Positions 23,837 to 36,300 of a stretch of DNA of 64,000 nt are shown here, in pieces. The stretch comes from Oculina patagonica (taxonomy: Eukaryota): positions 29,202,001-29,266,000 of the forward strand of contig NC_135763.1 of assembly GCF_052425735.1 (NCBI RefSeq), written 5' to 3'. The translations under genes were made by a program, and so were the position numbers. The notes below the pieces were generated by a model, which was given only the letters and a program-made list of their open reading frames with translations, searched no databases and had not been told where the DNA came from. Position 1 is the first letter of the stretch. Every line of letters begins with the position of its first letter.

Positions 23837-26800
23837 TTAACCTAAAACCAAAAAAAAAAAAACAGTTAAGAGGGACCAATTCTTAAACATGGCTTAAGTG
23901 TAATACTCCATAATTTTCGAGCTTTTTTTAAAGTTCGCGGACACCGTACCTCACCGATTTCGCTGAAATTTGGCATGCAGTCTTGTTTTAGGGTCCTAAC
24001 TACCAAATGGATATTAAAAAGTTTCAATTCTTTTTATTTTGGAAAATATCGAGAAGGCCGATTTGAAGCGTCCGTGACGGCTCGCCAACATGGCGGATCG
24101 AAGGTGTTCTTGTTAGTTCGACACTGAACCTGCCGTCACAGTTTCTCGATCATACTTGGCATAGTTATAAAGAACTATCTTTCTTCTTTCTATATATCAA
24201 AATAGATTTGGCAAATGTTGAGTTTGGATGATCAACGGCCAAGAAGTTCGAAGGTATGTTAACGATGTTTTGAACAGTCTCAAATTTACTACAAAATGAA
24301 AGGCTTATAACTCCACTGTTATCTCGATTTAGAACAAGCCATTTACCATGAACAAAGCTTGTTCATTGGTGAATTGATTCCATTAATAAAAAAATTGGGG
24401 AAATGTAACCGTTAAGAATAAAAAATTATGGAACCTCTAGTAAATTGGCCATTTCAGCGCCAATTCAGCGGATCAGCTCATTTAACAGCAAATAATCGGG
24501 AGAAACATGAAAGGGTTACAGTCGTTTATAATAAGCAGTTTTCAGGTATTCTTTACTTATCTTAAACAAATACATAATCTTTGCCAAAGATATGGCGATT
24601 TTTGAGCGTACGATCGTTTCTCCAAATTTTTATGTCGGCAACTTTATTTTATTTGTTGTCGAGATTATACGCTGTTGTTATTCAATATTCGTTTCACAAG
24701 AACTTCTGTTGCTCGCATTTCCCAACTGGCTGTTTAAGAAATTGCCCATTCCGTAACAGGGTCATTCTTACTTTTTCTTTAAAAATTACTAGGAAAGCAA
24801 GAATGTTATAGAACGGTTTTATACTAGTAAAAATACCTGTCAGACAAAAATTCAACTGTTTGTGTTATCTGGCTGCTTTCACAAATATGCAAATTTAGGA
24901 ATTCTTAAAGTGCCTATCTTTAACTATTTCACGCTTAAAGATTCCTTTAAATCTTTTCGCCTACCTTTAGGACAAACGAAGTTTTGTTTCTCCAAGCAGA
25001 ATGCTCGTTATCAGCAATGAAAGTCGAAGAGATACAGAAGCTCGAGTAAAATTCTAACTGCTGTGAAATGAACATCGTTTGAGCTTGACGTGTATTTATA
25101 GATTGCTCATTTAACAGCAAATAATCGGGAGAAACATGAAAGGGTTACAGTCGTTTATAATAAGCAGTTTTCAGGTATTCTTTGCTTATATTAAACAAAT
25201 ACATGATCTTTGCCAAAGATATGGCGATTTTTGAGCGTACGATCGTTTCTCCAAATTTTTATGTCGGCAACTTTATTTTATTTGTTGTCGAGATTATACG
25301 CTGTTGTTATTCAAGTATTCGTTTCACAAGAACTTCTGTTGTTTGCATTTCTCAAATCACTGTTTAAGAAATTGCCCATTCCGTAACAGGGTCATTCTTA
25401 CTTTTTCTTTAAAAATTACTAGGAAAGCAAGAATGCCATAGAACGGTTTTATACTAGTGAAAATACCTGTCAGACATAACTTCAACTGTTTGTGTTATCT
25501 GGCTGTTTTCACAAATATGCAAATTTAGGAATTCTTAAAGTGCCTATCTTTAACTATTTCACGCTTAAAGATTCCTCTAAATCTTTTCGCCTACCTTTTG
25601 GCCAAACGAACTTTTGTGTCTCCAGGCAGAATGCTCGTTATCAGCAATGAAAGTCGAAGAGATACAGAAGCTCGAGTAAAATTCTAACTGCTGTGAAATG
25701 AACATCGTTTGAGCTTGACGTGTATTTATAGATTGCGCTCGAGCTCCGTTAATTAAGTTTATTCATTTGGCGATCAGATAAAAATCAATGAATGATCAGA
25801 GTTATTAAAGTCCATTTCTAAGCACGAGAGACACGGAAGTTTGTTTCAGAAGCATTTATGCATAGAAATACCGGTTTATTTTTGAGCGGGAAATCTGCAT
25901 TTATAATAGCTGGGAGTTTGGGGTGTTTTTTGGTGTAGTTTTATTTTTGGAGGGGGCTCGGGGGGGGGGGGAGGGGGGTGTGGAAGTGGTGCCTTCGTAT
26001 CCTCTTTTGTTCTTTTACACAGTGGCCTGAATTTGGAACCGTTCGGGGAATGGATTATCAATTACTCTTCGTTATGCCATGTCACCCCTTAATGTGGGAG
26101 CGCCGTGCCTCAATTCACGATAAAAAATTTATGGCCGCCCGGTCCATTTATGTAGTTCTCCGCCAGGTCTCTCAATAGGCTGGTTACGAGCCTAGTGGCC
26201 CATCCGGCCGGAGCTCATACCGGTTTCCGCAACGTGAAGCGACAACGAGTATTTTTTACTCCACCCGGATGGGATGCTATTCCATCGCAGGGTTACCTCC
26301 CTTCCCGAAAAGCTAAAGATTGACTGGTAATCATTTTTTAACCTGGGTAAGGAAAGGGACTCTGGGAGTTGAGAGGCTTTCCAAAGAACTTAACGCATTG
26401 TCCCCCAAAAGCTCTATCCAGGACTGTTTGGTCCAGAGTCCAGCGCAGTGACAATTATTAGGCCATCACGCTCCCCAACCGTGAAAGAAAGTGCAAAAAT
26501 CTGCTTGTATAAGCCCTGGGGTTGTACAGTTTGGTACGAAATGTGGGCTTTTAAATGTGTTAATTAAGTTTATTCATTTGGCGATCAGATAAAAATCAAT
26601 GAATGATCAGAGTTATTAAAGTCCATTTCTAAGCACGAGAGACACGGAAGTTTGTTTCAGAAGCATTTATGCATAGAAATACCGGTTTATTATTGACTGA
26701 CGCGGTTAAAAAATACTCGGCTTCTAGCGGTAAATCTGCATTTATAATAGCTGGGAGTTTGGGGTTTTTTTTTGGTGTTGTTATAGGAAGGCGGGGGGAG

Positions 26801-29800
26801 GGGGTGGAAGTGGTGCCTCCGAATCCTCTTTAGATCTCTGACACAGTGGTCTGAATGTTGAACAAAAGAGCTCATCTGTTAATAAGCATAATGCGAGCTG
26901 ATTTTGAAATGAACATGACTTTACGTTTGTGTCATCAGTAATTATCGTGTTCGAAGAAGGCGTGGCTTACTCGCGGCAAGAACAACATAACAGTGAAGCT
27001 AACACATTTTCCTCATTGATTTGAAATGAATTTCGAATCAATTCTTTTTAGGGCAAGTTAAAAGATACAAATGTTTTTCGTCCAGATTTTTACAAAAAAA
27101 GCAGGTGAGAACTTGGCTGTTTTTGTTATCTCGGACTTTTTTTTTATTAAAGTCGAACCTCTCGAGCTCCATAAGGACACCTCTCGTGATGCGTCATGAC
27201 TTACATCACGTATGTCCTTATCGCCGACCTAGCTAGGTGAAGAAAGGGACTACCGTAATTACTCGCTTATTAAATTTTTTACGCCTCCAGTGCGGCGCTT
27301 ATTCGAGGGCGGCGCTTATTAAAAAGTTTGACGCCACAAAGAATCTAATCCTTTACATTTATTAAAATAGGGTCCCCTGATTGCCAAAAGTCGTCTCTTG
27401 CTGAAGATTGTACTGAAGTACTGAAGAATGTTCAATAGAAAAACTGAGCGGTCAAACAAGCAGTTTGAACTGCAGAACGTCGCTTTTGATGGAAAGAAAT
27501 GTCCAAGTTTGTTTAAGAGTTGCTTTGTAGTTCTGTTTCTAGTTCCACAGTCCCGCGTCGGGACTGCGGCGCCGGGGGCGGCGCTTATTCGAGGGCGGCG
27601 CTTATTCGGGGGCAGCGCTTATTCGAGTAGATACGGTATGATAGTACAGAGGCTTTCCGAAGAACTCAACGCAATATCCCCCCAAAGCTCGAACCGGGAT
27701 TTAAAAATCTCAAAAAAGTGTTAATATGAATTGTAAATCCACTCATAGCGGTCTGGCCTTACTAAAACCTGGAGAGAGAAAAGACAGTGGGCAGATAAAT
27801 GAAAGCTGTTCGAGAGTACGCTGTTGAGCAGATTCTGTGAAATTCCCCTTTTTATCCTTTTCTCTCATAAGCCCTCCCAATTCAAGGCCCATATATTTCT
27901 TCCAAGTCAACTGTCAAAGTTTAAGGCCACTTTTTTCCTACCAGGTTACCGTCTTGAGAGTTTTAAATTTTATTAAATCTTGGTGACACTGTCCCTTTAA
28001 TTCATTAATGTAATTCAAATCAGTTTATAAAAACGTTTTTCAGAAAACAAGAAGTTTTTTTAATTTCGCTTTAAGCCACCGCACCCCAACCACGGATATA
28101 AGACCTACCACATTTAAAAGCCCACATTTCGTACCAAACTGTACAACCCCAGGGCTTATACAAGCAGATTTTTGCACTTTCTTACACGGTTGGGGAGCGT
28201 GATGGCCTAACAATGGTCACTGCGCTGGACTCTGGGCCAAACAGTCCTGGATAGAGCTTTTGGGGGACAATGCGTTAAGTTCTTTGGAAAGCCTCTCAAC
28301 TCCCAGAGTCCCTTTCCTTACCCAGGTTAAAAAATGATTACCAGTCAATCTTTAGCTTTTCGGGAAGGGAGGTAACCCTGCGATGGAATAGCATCCCATC
28401 CGGGTGGAGTAAAAAATACTCGTTGTCGCTTCACGTTGCGGAAACCGGTATGAGTTCCGGCCGGATGGGCCAATAGGCTCGTAACCTGCCTATTGAGAGA
28501 CCTGGCGGAGAACTACATAAATGGACCGGGCGGCCATAAATTTTTTATCGTGAATTGAGGCACGGCGCTCCCACATTAAGGGGTGACATGGCATAACGAA
28601 GAGTAATTGATAATCCATTCCCCGAACGGTTCCAAATTCAGGCCACTGTGTAAAAGAACAAAAGAGGATACGAAGGCACCACTTCCACACCCCCCTCCCC
28701 CCCCCGAGCCCCCTCAAAAAAAAAAAACTACACCAAAAAACACCCCAAACTCCCAGCTATTATAAATGCAGATTTCCCGCTCAAAAATAAACCGGTATTT
28801 CTATGCATAAATGCTTCTGAAACAAACTTCCGTGTCTCTCGTGCTTAGAAATGGACTTTAATAACTCTGATCATTCATTGATTTTTATCTGATCGCCAAA
28901 TGAATAAACTTAATTAACGGAGCTCGAGCGCAATCTATAAATACACGTCAAGCTCAAACGATGTTCATTTCACAGCAGTTAGAATTTTACTCGAGCTTCT
29001 GTATCTCTTCGACTTTCATTGCTGATAACGAGCATTCTGCCTGGAGACACAAAAGTTCGTTTGGCCAAAAGGTAGGCGAAAAGATTTAGAGGAATCTTTA
29101 AGCGTGAAATAGTTAAAGATAGGCACTTTAAGAATTCCTAAATTTGCATATTTGTGAAAACAGCCAGATAACACAAACAGTTGAAGTTATGTCTGACAGG
29201 TATTTTCACTAGTATAAAACCGTTCTATGGCATTCTTGCTTTCCTAGTAATTTTTAAAGAAAAAGTAAGAATGACCCTGTTACGGAATGGGCAATTTCTT
29301 AAACAGTGATTTGAGAAATGCAAACAACAGAAGTTCTTGTGAAACGAATACTTGAATAACAACAGCGTATAATCTCGACAACAAATAAAATAAAGTTGCC
29401 GACATAAAAATTTGGAGAAACGATCGTACGCTCAAAAATCGCCATATCTTTGGCAAAGATCATGTATTTGTTTAATATAAGCAAAGAATACCTGAAAACT
29501 GCTTATTATAAACGACTGTAACCCTTTCATGTTTCTCCCGATTATTTGCTGTTAAATGAGCAATCTATAAATACACGTCAAGCTCAAACGATGTTCTTTT
29601 CACAGCAGTTAGAATTTTACTCGAGCTTCTGTATCTCTTCGACTTTCATTGCTGATAACGAGCATTCTGCTTGGAGAAACAAAACTTCGTTTGTCCTAAA
29701 GGTAGGCGAAAAGATTTAAAGGAATCTTTAAGCGTGAAATAGTTAAAGATAGGCACTTTAAGAATTCCTAAATTTGCATATTTGTGAAAACAGCCAGATA

Positions 29801-32800
29801 ACACAAACAGTTGAATTTTTGTCTGACAGGTATTTTTACTAGTATAAAACCGTTCTATAACATTCTTGCTTTCCTAGTAATTTTTAAAGAAAAAGTAAGA
29901 ATGACCCTGTTACGGAATGGGCAATTTCTTAAACAGTGATTTGGGAAATGCGAGCAACAGAAGTTCTTGTGAAACGAATATTGAATAACAACAGCGTATA
30001 ATCTCGACAACAAATAAAATAAAGTTGCCGACATAAAAATTTGGAGAAACGATCGTACGCTCAAAAATCGCCATATCTTTGGCAAAGATCATGTATTTGT
30101 TTCAGATAAGCAAAGAATACATGGAAACTGCTTATTATAAACGACTGTAACCCTTTCATGTTTCTCCCGATTATTTGCTGTTAAATGAGCTGATCCGCTG
30201 AAATGGCGCTGAAATGGCCAATTTACTAGAGGTTCCATAATTTTTTATTCTTAACGGTTACATTTCCCCAATTTTTTTATTAATGGAATCAATTCACCAA
30301 TGAACAAGCTTTGTTCATGGTAAATGGCTACTTCTAAATCGAGATAACAGTGGAGTTATTAGCCTTTCATTTTGTAGTAAATTTGAGACTGTTCAAAACA
30401 TCGTTAACATACCTTCGAACTTCTTGGCCGTTGATCATCCAAACTCAACATTTGCCAAATCTATTTTGATATATAGAAAGAAGAAAGATAGTTCTTTATA
30501 ACTATGCCAAGTATGATCGAGAAACTGTGACGGCAGGTTCAGTGTCGAACTAACAAGAACACCTTCGATCCGCCATGTTGGCGAGCCGTCACGGACGCTT
30601 CAAATCGGCCTTCTCGATATTTTCCAAAATAAAAAGAATTGAAACTTTTTAATATCCATTTGGTAGTTAGGACCCTAAAACAAGACTGCATGCCAAATTT
30701 CAGCGAAATCGGTGAGGTACGGTGTCCGACCAAAGTTCGAATCTTATAGACTATGACAATTAAGTCGTAATAAAATAAAATATTTTATCTAGCACATTGC
30801 AGTCAAATTCCCACCACGCAAAAGTATTTTTTTTTTAAATAACCAGCTAAATTAGGAAAAAAATCCTTCAAACAGACTTTAAATATTGCACAATTTTAAA
30901 TGTCAATGACCCTCAGAATTGAAATAAAAAAAGAAAAAAAGAAAATTAAAATAAATTAAAATAAAAAAAAAGAAAATGATTCGCAATTTTAAGTGGATAT
31001 CAGAAATTTTCAAACGATAATTTCCTCCTGGGGTTTTACAGTCTAAGGTCTGGCCATGTGCGTCATGCAATTTAAAGAGCTAGGGCACTCAGAACAAGCT
31101 TCGCGAACAAAGTTTCAACATGCGCCCTGCGATACTATTTTATTTTTTTGTTCGATTCTGCGCCCCCTTTTTAACGTACACAACAAATGTACGGTAAACA
31201 ACATACCGTATAAAGACCTGATACCGGCAATGTCGTCTCGATGCAGCTTGGGTTTACCCCGGCTAACGGTCGGCCACATTACTGTACCCCTTACGTCTGA
31301 GTGCTTTAGTCCCAGAGCATGGCCAATCTCATGGACAGCAACCCAATACAAGCTTTGCGTTCCTCTCCAAAATGAACCAGTCTCTGCAAATTTCTCATCT
31401 TCATCGAAGTGGAGTGCGCCATCTTGTGGGTAGAAAGCGTGTGCCAGAACTTTACCTCTACCATCAAACGCATCAAAACATTTCCCTTCAATGCCAGAGT
31501 GAATTCTTCTGCCAAAACTGCATGCAAAAGAAAAATGGCGTGTTGAATAATAATTTACTCCCATTACTACAAAGACTACATACCGTATTTATTCGTTTAA
31601 GCGCCCTGGGCGCTTATTAAATATTTGGACCCTGAGGGTGGGAGCTTATTCGAGGTGGGCGGTTATTCGAAGCTGGGCGCTTATTAAATTTTCACTATTT
31701 TTAGCAAGTAGTACGCTTATTTTGCAAGAAAAAAGTAAATAATAACATAAGGTGAAGATGTCCAAAAACCGAATTTTTACTGATCATTGAAAGTTTTCTG
31801 TAAATTATTGAGAAAGCTTGGTCTTCGGGGTAGCCTCTTGGTAGTACTTTGTCAACTTCACTCCTGTCATTTCACTCCTCTCGTGCACGTCAAATTTTTA
31901 CGGGGTGGGGGTGGGCGCTTATTCGAGGCTGGGCGCTTATTCGAGGCTGGGCGCTTATTCGAGGTTGGGCGCTTAATCGAATAAATACGGTATAAAACGT
32001 TTTAAAATATTCAATCAAACGGCTTTGAAATAGGCCCTACACTAGATCATGGAATTGAAAGATCATCCCCATTCACAACTCCTTCCTCCCCACCTCCTCC
32101 GAAACGTTAACATAAGATAAACAGAACAAAACCTGATTTTTAAGTCGGCATCAAAACGTGAGTGTGTTCTCGAAAACTGAAGTTTTGTTGCTGCATCACT
32201 CCACACTTTGAATGCCTGGGCAAAGATTCTGTCCTGGTCGCTGTGTGACAAATCCTCGCCATAAGACAGGTAGTACTTAAGATTTGTTTTGCTCCATTTT
32301 TTAAAAGAGGTCGAATATCGCTTTACGCGCATGCGCTCGCCATTGACGTCAAGATCCGGGAGTCCACATCGTGGCTTCTTCATTTCATTTATAGTCTCCT
32401 CGTCGAGCAGTCCGGTCACCGGTAAACCAAAGAATTGCTGGAATTTTTTGATGGCGGTTGTCATGTCATGGCTCATTGAACGGCTTTGTGAAAGGTAATT
32501 GAAGTTTGTGAGATATTTCTATCGGGACAAAAGAGATAACATGCGCTATGAATACACACTATTGGAGGATTGTAATAAATTGTAATAGAACGCTGTTTTC
32601 GCGCTCTGCACAACGTAGAAGAATTACAACCTGTCTTAACAAGGACGATTTTCTAGAGTAGAATAACTGTATAATATGTTAAAGAATTCGCGACAAGAAA
32701 ACTTTTTTTAAATGTGGTTTTAAGTACTACAATTAAAAAAGTACAAGGGAGGCATTTAACTTTATGTGTGATGCTTACGTCTCCTGACATTACTTACTTC

Positions 32801-32996
32801 TTCTAATACACATGAAGAATCAGTTGGAAATTGTTCAAACTATTTACACTGTCAAATCTATTACTTTAATGCTACAAGTTCTTTTTAGAGGTAAAACACT
32901 GGTTCTTACCAAGGCAAAATCTTCATCACTCTCTTCTTCCTCGCAAACAGTTCCGTGTAAAACGAGCAAAGACACGAAAATCACCGGCAGAAACAT
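23837..32996 (-). CDS. MMP-e: minimal matrixin-type metalloprotease, 4 exons, about 262 aa, last intron expanded to 7.4 kb by a foldback element
   Basis: Exons 32996-32910, 32518-32133 (PRCGLPD, RVKR), 31517-31207 (HEIGHALGLKH, VMWP) and terminal exon 23841-23837 (TTTTAG|GT TAA). TCAATAAAA poly(A) signal near 23760, as in the paralogs. Confidence 0.88.
24476..25736. repeat. Two tandem 629-bp units in the left foldback arm (mirrored at about 28929-30190)
   Basis: GCTCATTTAACAGCAAATAATCGGG starts at both 24476 and 25105. Confidence 0.9.
26185..26476 (-). mobile_element. Decayed tRNA/CORE-type SINE inside the foldback arm (mirror copy about 28192-28483, + strand)
   Basis: GGGAGCGTGATGGCCTAA head, followed by GGTAACCCTGCGATGGAATAGCATCCCATCC...GGAAACCGG body motifs. 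Confidence 0.6.
27251..27638. mobile_element. Tc2/pogo-like MITE in the foldback spacer
   Basis: TACCGTA...TACGGTA with GGCGCTTATTCG repeats. Homologous to 7644-8153 in reverse orientation. Confidence 0.75.
31581..31992. mobile_element. Tc2/pogo-like MITE in MMP-e intron 2
   Basis: TA-CCGTATTTATTCG ... CGAATAAATACGG-TA with GGGCGCTTATTCGAGG repeats. Confidence 0.85.
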
Positions 32997-35173
32997 GTTG
33001 ATCCGTTGGACTTTTACGAGCAGATGATATGTTAAAACTGCAGGCTTGTGGTTCTTTTATTTTGTAAAATATTTCAGCAGCTGCTCGCTTGTATTAAACA
33101 GGTTGCTTAAACAACTCGACGAGACATAAATAAAGCTTATTTAATATCGTTTGTTTTAATTGTTATTTACCCTTGCACGGCCATTCTATCCAAGAGGGTA
33201 AACTTTAATTTCGATAGTGGACATGCCAGTTTTCCGAAATACAAAAAAACAAAATGACACTTTTAGCAACTATTTAGTTAGGTTTAGAGAGATAATCGCT
33301 AATTTTTTGCAAAACCTCCACTGAGCTGAGTAAAGTATTTGGACATAGGTAAGTGGTAAAGGACAATCGACGTAGATCCGAACAGGAATAGCCCTAGAAA
33401 AAATATATTAACACTGAAAATGTTTATCTATAAAACTAACAATTACCACGCTTTTATAACTGGATTTGCCTACTTTTTCGTATTCTCTGTCCGAAGTGCA
33501 GCTTAGATTTTTTTTCATAAAACATCCGTAAAGAGTGTTAAAATGTGAAGAGTACGAAGAGTACTTCTTGCTCTTACAAAAATTAAAAATAAGATCAGGA
33601 ATACATGTTGTCACGCTTCAATATCATTTTTTTGTAGTAAATTATATATGTTTTTTAATTTCAAAATTATTTTTGTTTCGATTAAAATGAGCAAACACTA
33701 GTGCAGTTTCGTTTGAAAGCCTGTAACTGTTTGTGATACCACAACACCTTGCTTCGCAGTTGTGCAATCAAAGACGGCGTCAAAATTGTATTGCCCCGTT
33801 AGCATTAAAAGTCACATCTACGGTGCACTAACAAGTTGAAGGGGTGTTTAAAGTCAAAAGGAAATGAAGTAAACTCAATTTGAAGAAAATTAAATAAGAT
33901 TTATATTTTAATACAATAATAAAGTGACTGTCGGCCTTGAAGACTTCCTTTGATAATAATTTTGAAACGACTCCCTTAAGAAATTGCATTTTCAAGTAAC
34001 AACTTAGAAAATGTCAAGTGACAAGCGAATGGATTGGATACAGTGGAAATATTTTTTTAATGGAAGCTCGGAGGTCGTTATTCCCCATTGCTCGCAAGGT
34101 TCATTATTAGGATAATGAGCGATAAGGGAAGGCTTCTCCTTGTGGTTTTTCTTTTCAGTTTTGTCGTCGTGGTTTTAATCACGAAAAAAAGAAACAGAGG
34201 AAATTTCAGCTATATTCTTTGTTTTCACGAGACTTCATCAAAATTCTAAAATCCCAAATCGTAATGCCCTGCGTTTCTATCTTCCGATTGCTATAGGACG
34301 CCTTCTCCTGGTTTGGTATACAGCATTAAGAGCACTCGGCCGAGAACGCAATTGACCACTTATTGCCTTTAATATTTGTCTTGTTGAAGGATTTCAGCTC
34401 GATAGAATCATTCGGCTTTTAAGTGTATTAAAACGTTTTGAATTTCGGAGTACCACATACCACACGGCATTAAGATGGTCGCCAAAAGGTTGTCATGTTT
34501 CATTCGGTGTTTTTTTTAGTAACCTGCATGCACAGGTGCGTTGTTGCGAGAACCGTTAACGTAAATGTTAAGTAGAACATGACGCTGAACTGATCGCTTT
34601 TGATAGTTTAAGTGAACTCCTGATGTTTTCATTGATTTGGGCACTAACATTGCGTTTCCACACTGATCTCTATATAAACTTGTGTGGAATTTGATGGACA
34701 ACTCGAGTGCGGAACACCGCACAGACATCACACTACTATTACATTTCGAATTCTTGATTTTCTTACTCAATCTTTTGCTTGATTTTTTTTTTCGTTGCGT
34801 GCAGCTAAATAAGAATACATACGAAATAAGCAAGAAGGTAAAGTGTGAAATGCCCTCACTTTTAAGCTTTTTAGATGCGTTTACATGCGATAATCGGCCT
34901 TTTCAACTTGTAGTGTCCAATATTTTGTCAAGAAAGAAATGTCTTTATTACTGACGATTCGGCACGATTATCTTTCCTGGCACTTTTATTTATAACGGCA
35001 GTAGATTTGTTTTATATTGTAAAAGAAGCAAGACACACTGTTTTGCAATATAATCGTTTTTTATTGATAGAATTTGGCATCATTCTCGCTTCACTTGTTT
35101 TGGCCTATATATACGGGCATCAAACGTCTTATCAACCTGGAAGAAAAAATAAAAACAAAAGCAAAATATCACC

Positions 35174-35484
35174 AAGTGGAGAAGTGGTCGCAAGTCAAAT
35201 ACTCGGAAGAAAGATTTTCCGAGTTCCCCAACGGGAGTCGAACCCATGACCTTCCAGATTACCGGTTGGACGCTCTAACCACTGAGCTATGGGGGACTCA
35301 TGGTGAGCGAGGTCATATACTGGGTTCTTATGTGTGACACATGTCCTGCTAACTGCAAGGCTCAAATATGTCCAAATGATAAATGTGAATACATGATAAG
35401 TGAAGTGAGTAAAGTGAAAATAAGTGGAGAAGTGGTCGCAAGTCAAATACTCGGAAAAAAGATTTTCCGAGTTCCCCAACGGGA
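35174..35484 (-). repeat. tRNA-derived partial-tandem repeat (248-bp period)
   Basis: AAGTGGAGAAGTGGTCGCAAGTC... at 35174 and 35422. Minus strand has TAGCTCAGTGGTTAGAGCG and GGTTCGACTCCC boxes. Confidence 0.7.
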
Positions 35485-36300
35485 AGTCACCACTTCACTT
35501 ATCATAAAATATTACTAAACCGTTTCATTTCTCTAACTGAAATTAATAAAAATGTGTGTTTCCGTTTTTTATTTGAAAAAACATCCTATTCTTCAAGTCA
35601 TTCGCAATTGAGACGTACACTGTAACTAAGATTTTCATAGTAAATATTAAGGCGATAAAGATGATTTCCATTCCGTTCTACGCAATCCCGGCCTGCAGCA
35701 ATCAATATTTATGTGAGCCTCACACGAAGGAATGTTACTAACAAAATTAAAAATACTGGGACAAAGTTATCTTTTCTTACATTACTGCAAAACAGTAATG
35801 TCGAGTAGAAGAACCTTGGGGTTACTCAAAACCGACGTTTCAGCTCATCGAGCATTCCTAGACGAAACGGCCCGTTAGGGTGGACTAAAAAATCTAATGT
35901 TTACCATCACCGAAATAAAACGCATCAACGCCTTACATACAAAAATGAAAACAAACCCCGGGACAGTGCAGCAGTGCAACCTTGAAACATCACGTAATTT
36001 CGGAGGTGAACACACGGTGCAACTTATCAGTCTGTTTTTTCCATTTTTTTCCCCATTTCACTAAGTGTCCATATCTTAATGCAATAGGCAGGTAAAACCT
36101 TGTTATCTCTGTCTAATTTATTAAACAATACTTGCTGACGTGTCACACACCATATAAGGCCTTGATCCCGTCAATGTCGTCTCGATGCAACTTTGGTGTC
36201 CCCCGCTTAGTAAACGTCCAAAAAGGTCTACCAGTCTGTGAAAATTTATCGTCTTCATCGAAATGGATTCGGCCGTCTTCTGGGGTGAGAGCGTGAGCAA

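Larger units (their letters stand above)
23938..30731. mobile_element. 6.8-kb non-autonomous foldback element with about 2.6-kb inverted arms and an 8-bp TSD
   Basis: Arms 23938-26559 and 28109-30728 are near-identical reverse complements; the mirror ORFs in the track agree. AAAGTTCG at 23930-23937 and 30732-30739. Spacer 26560-28108. No transposase ORF. Confidence 0.9.

Noticed and set aside
24581-30092. Duplicated 60-76 aa ORFs in the foldback arms as a transposase or cargo gene
   Set aside because: Short, mostly non-ATG starts, no recognisable motif. The duplication simply reflects the repeats.
35222-35296. Possible tRNA genes (also near 9320-9389, 1870-1940, 12725-12790)
   Set aside because: A and B boxes are present, but the stems are imperfect and each is embedded in a SINE or repeat body. 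Treated as tRNA-derived repeats; tRNAscan-SE would settle it.
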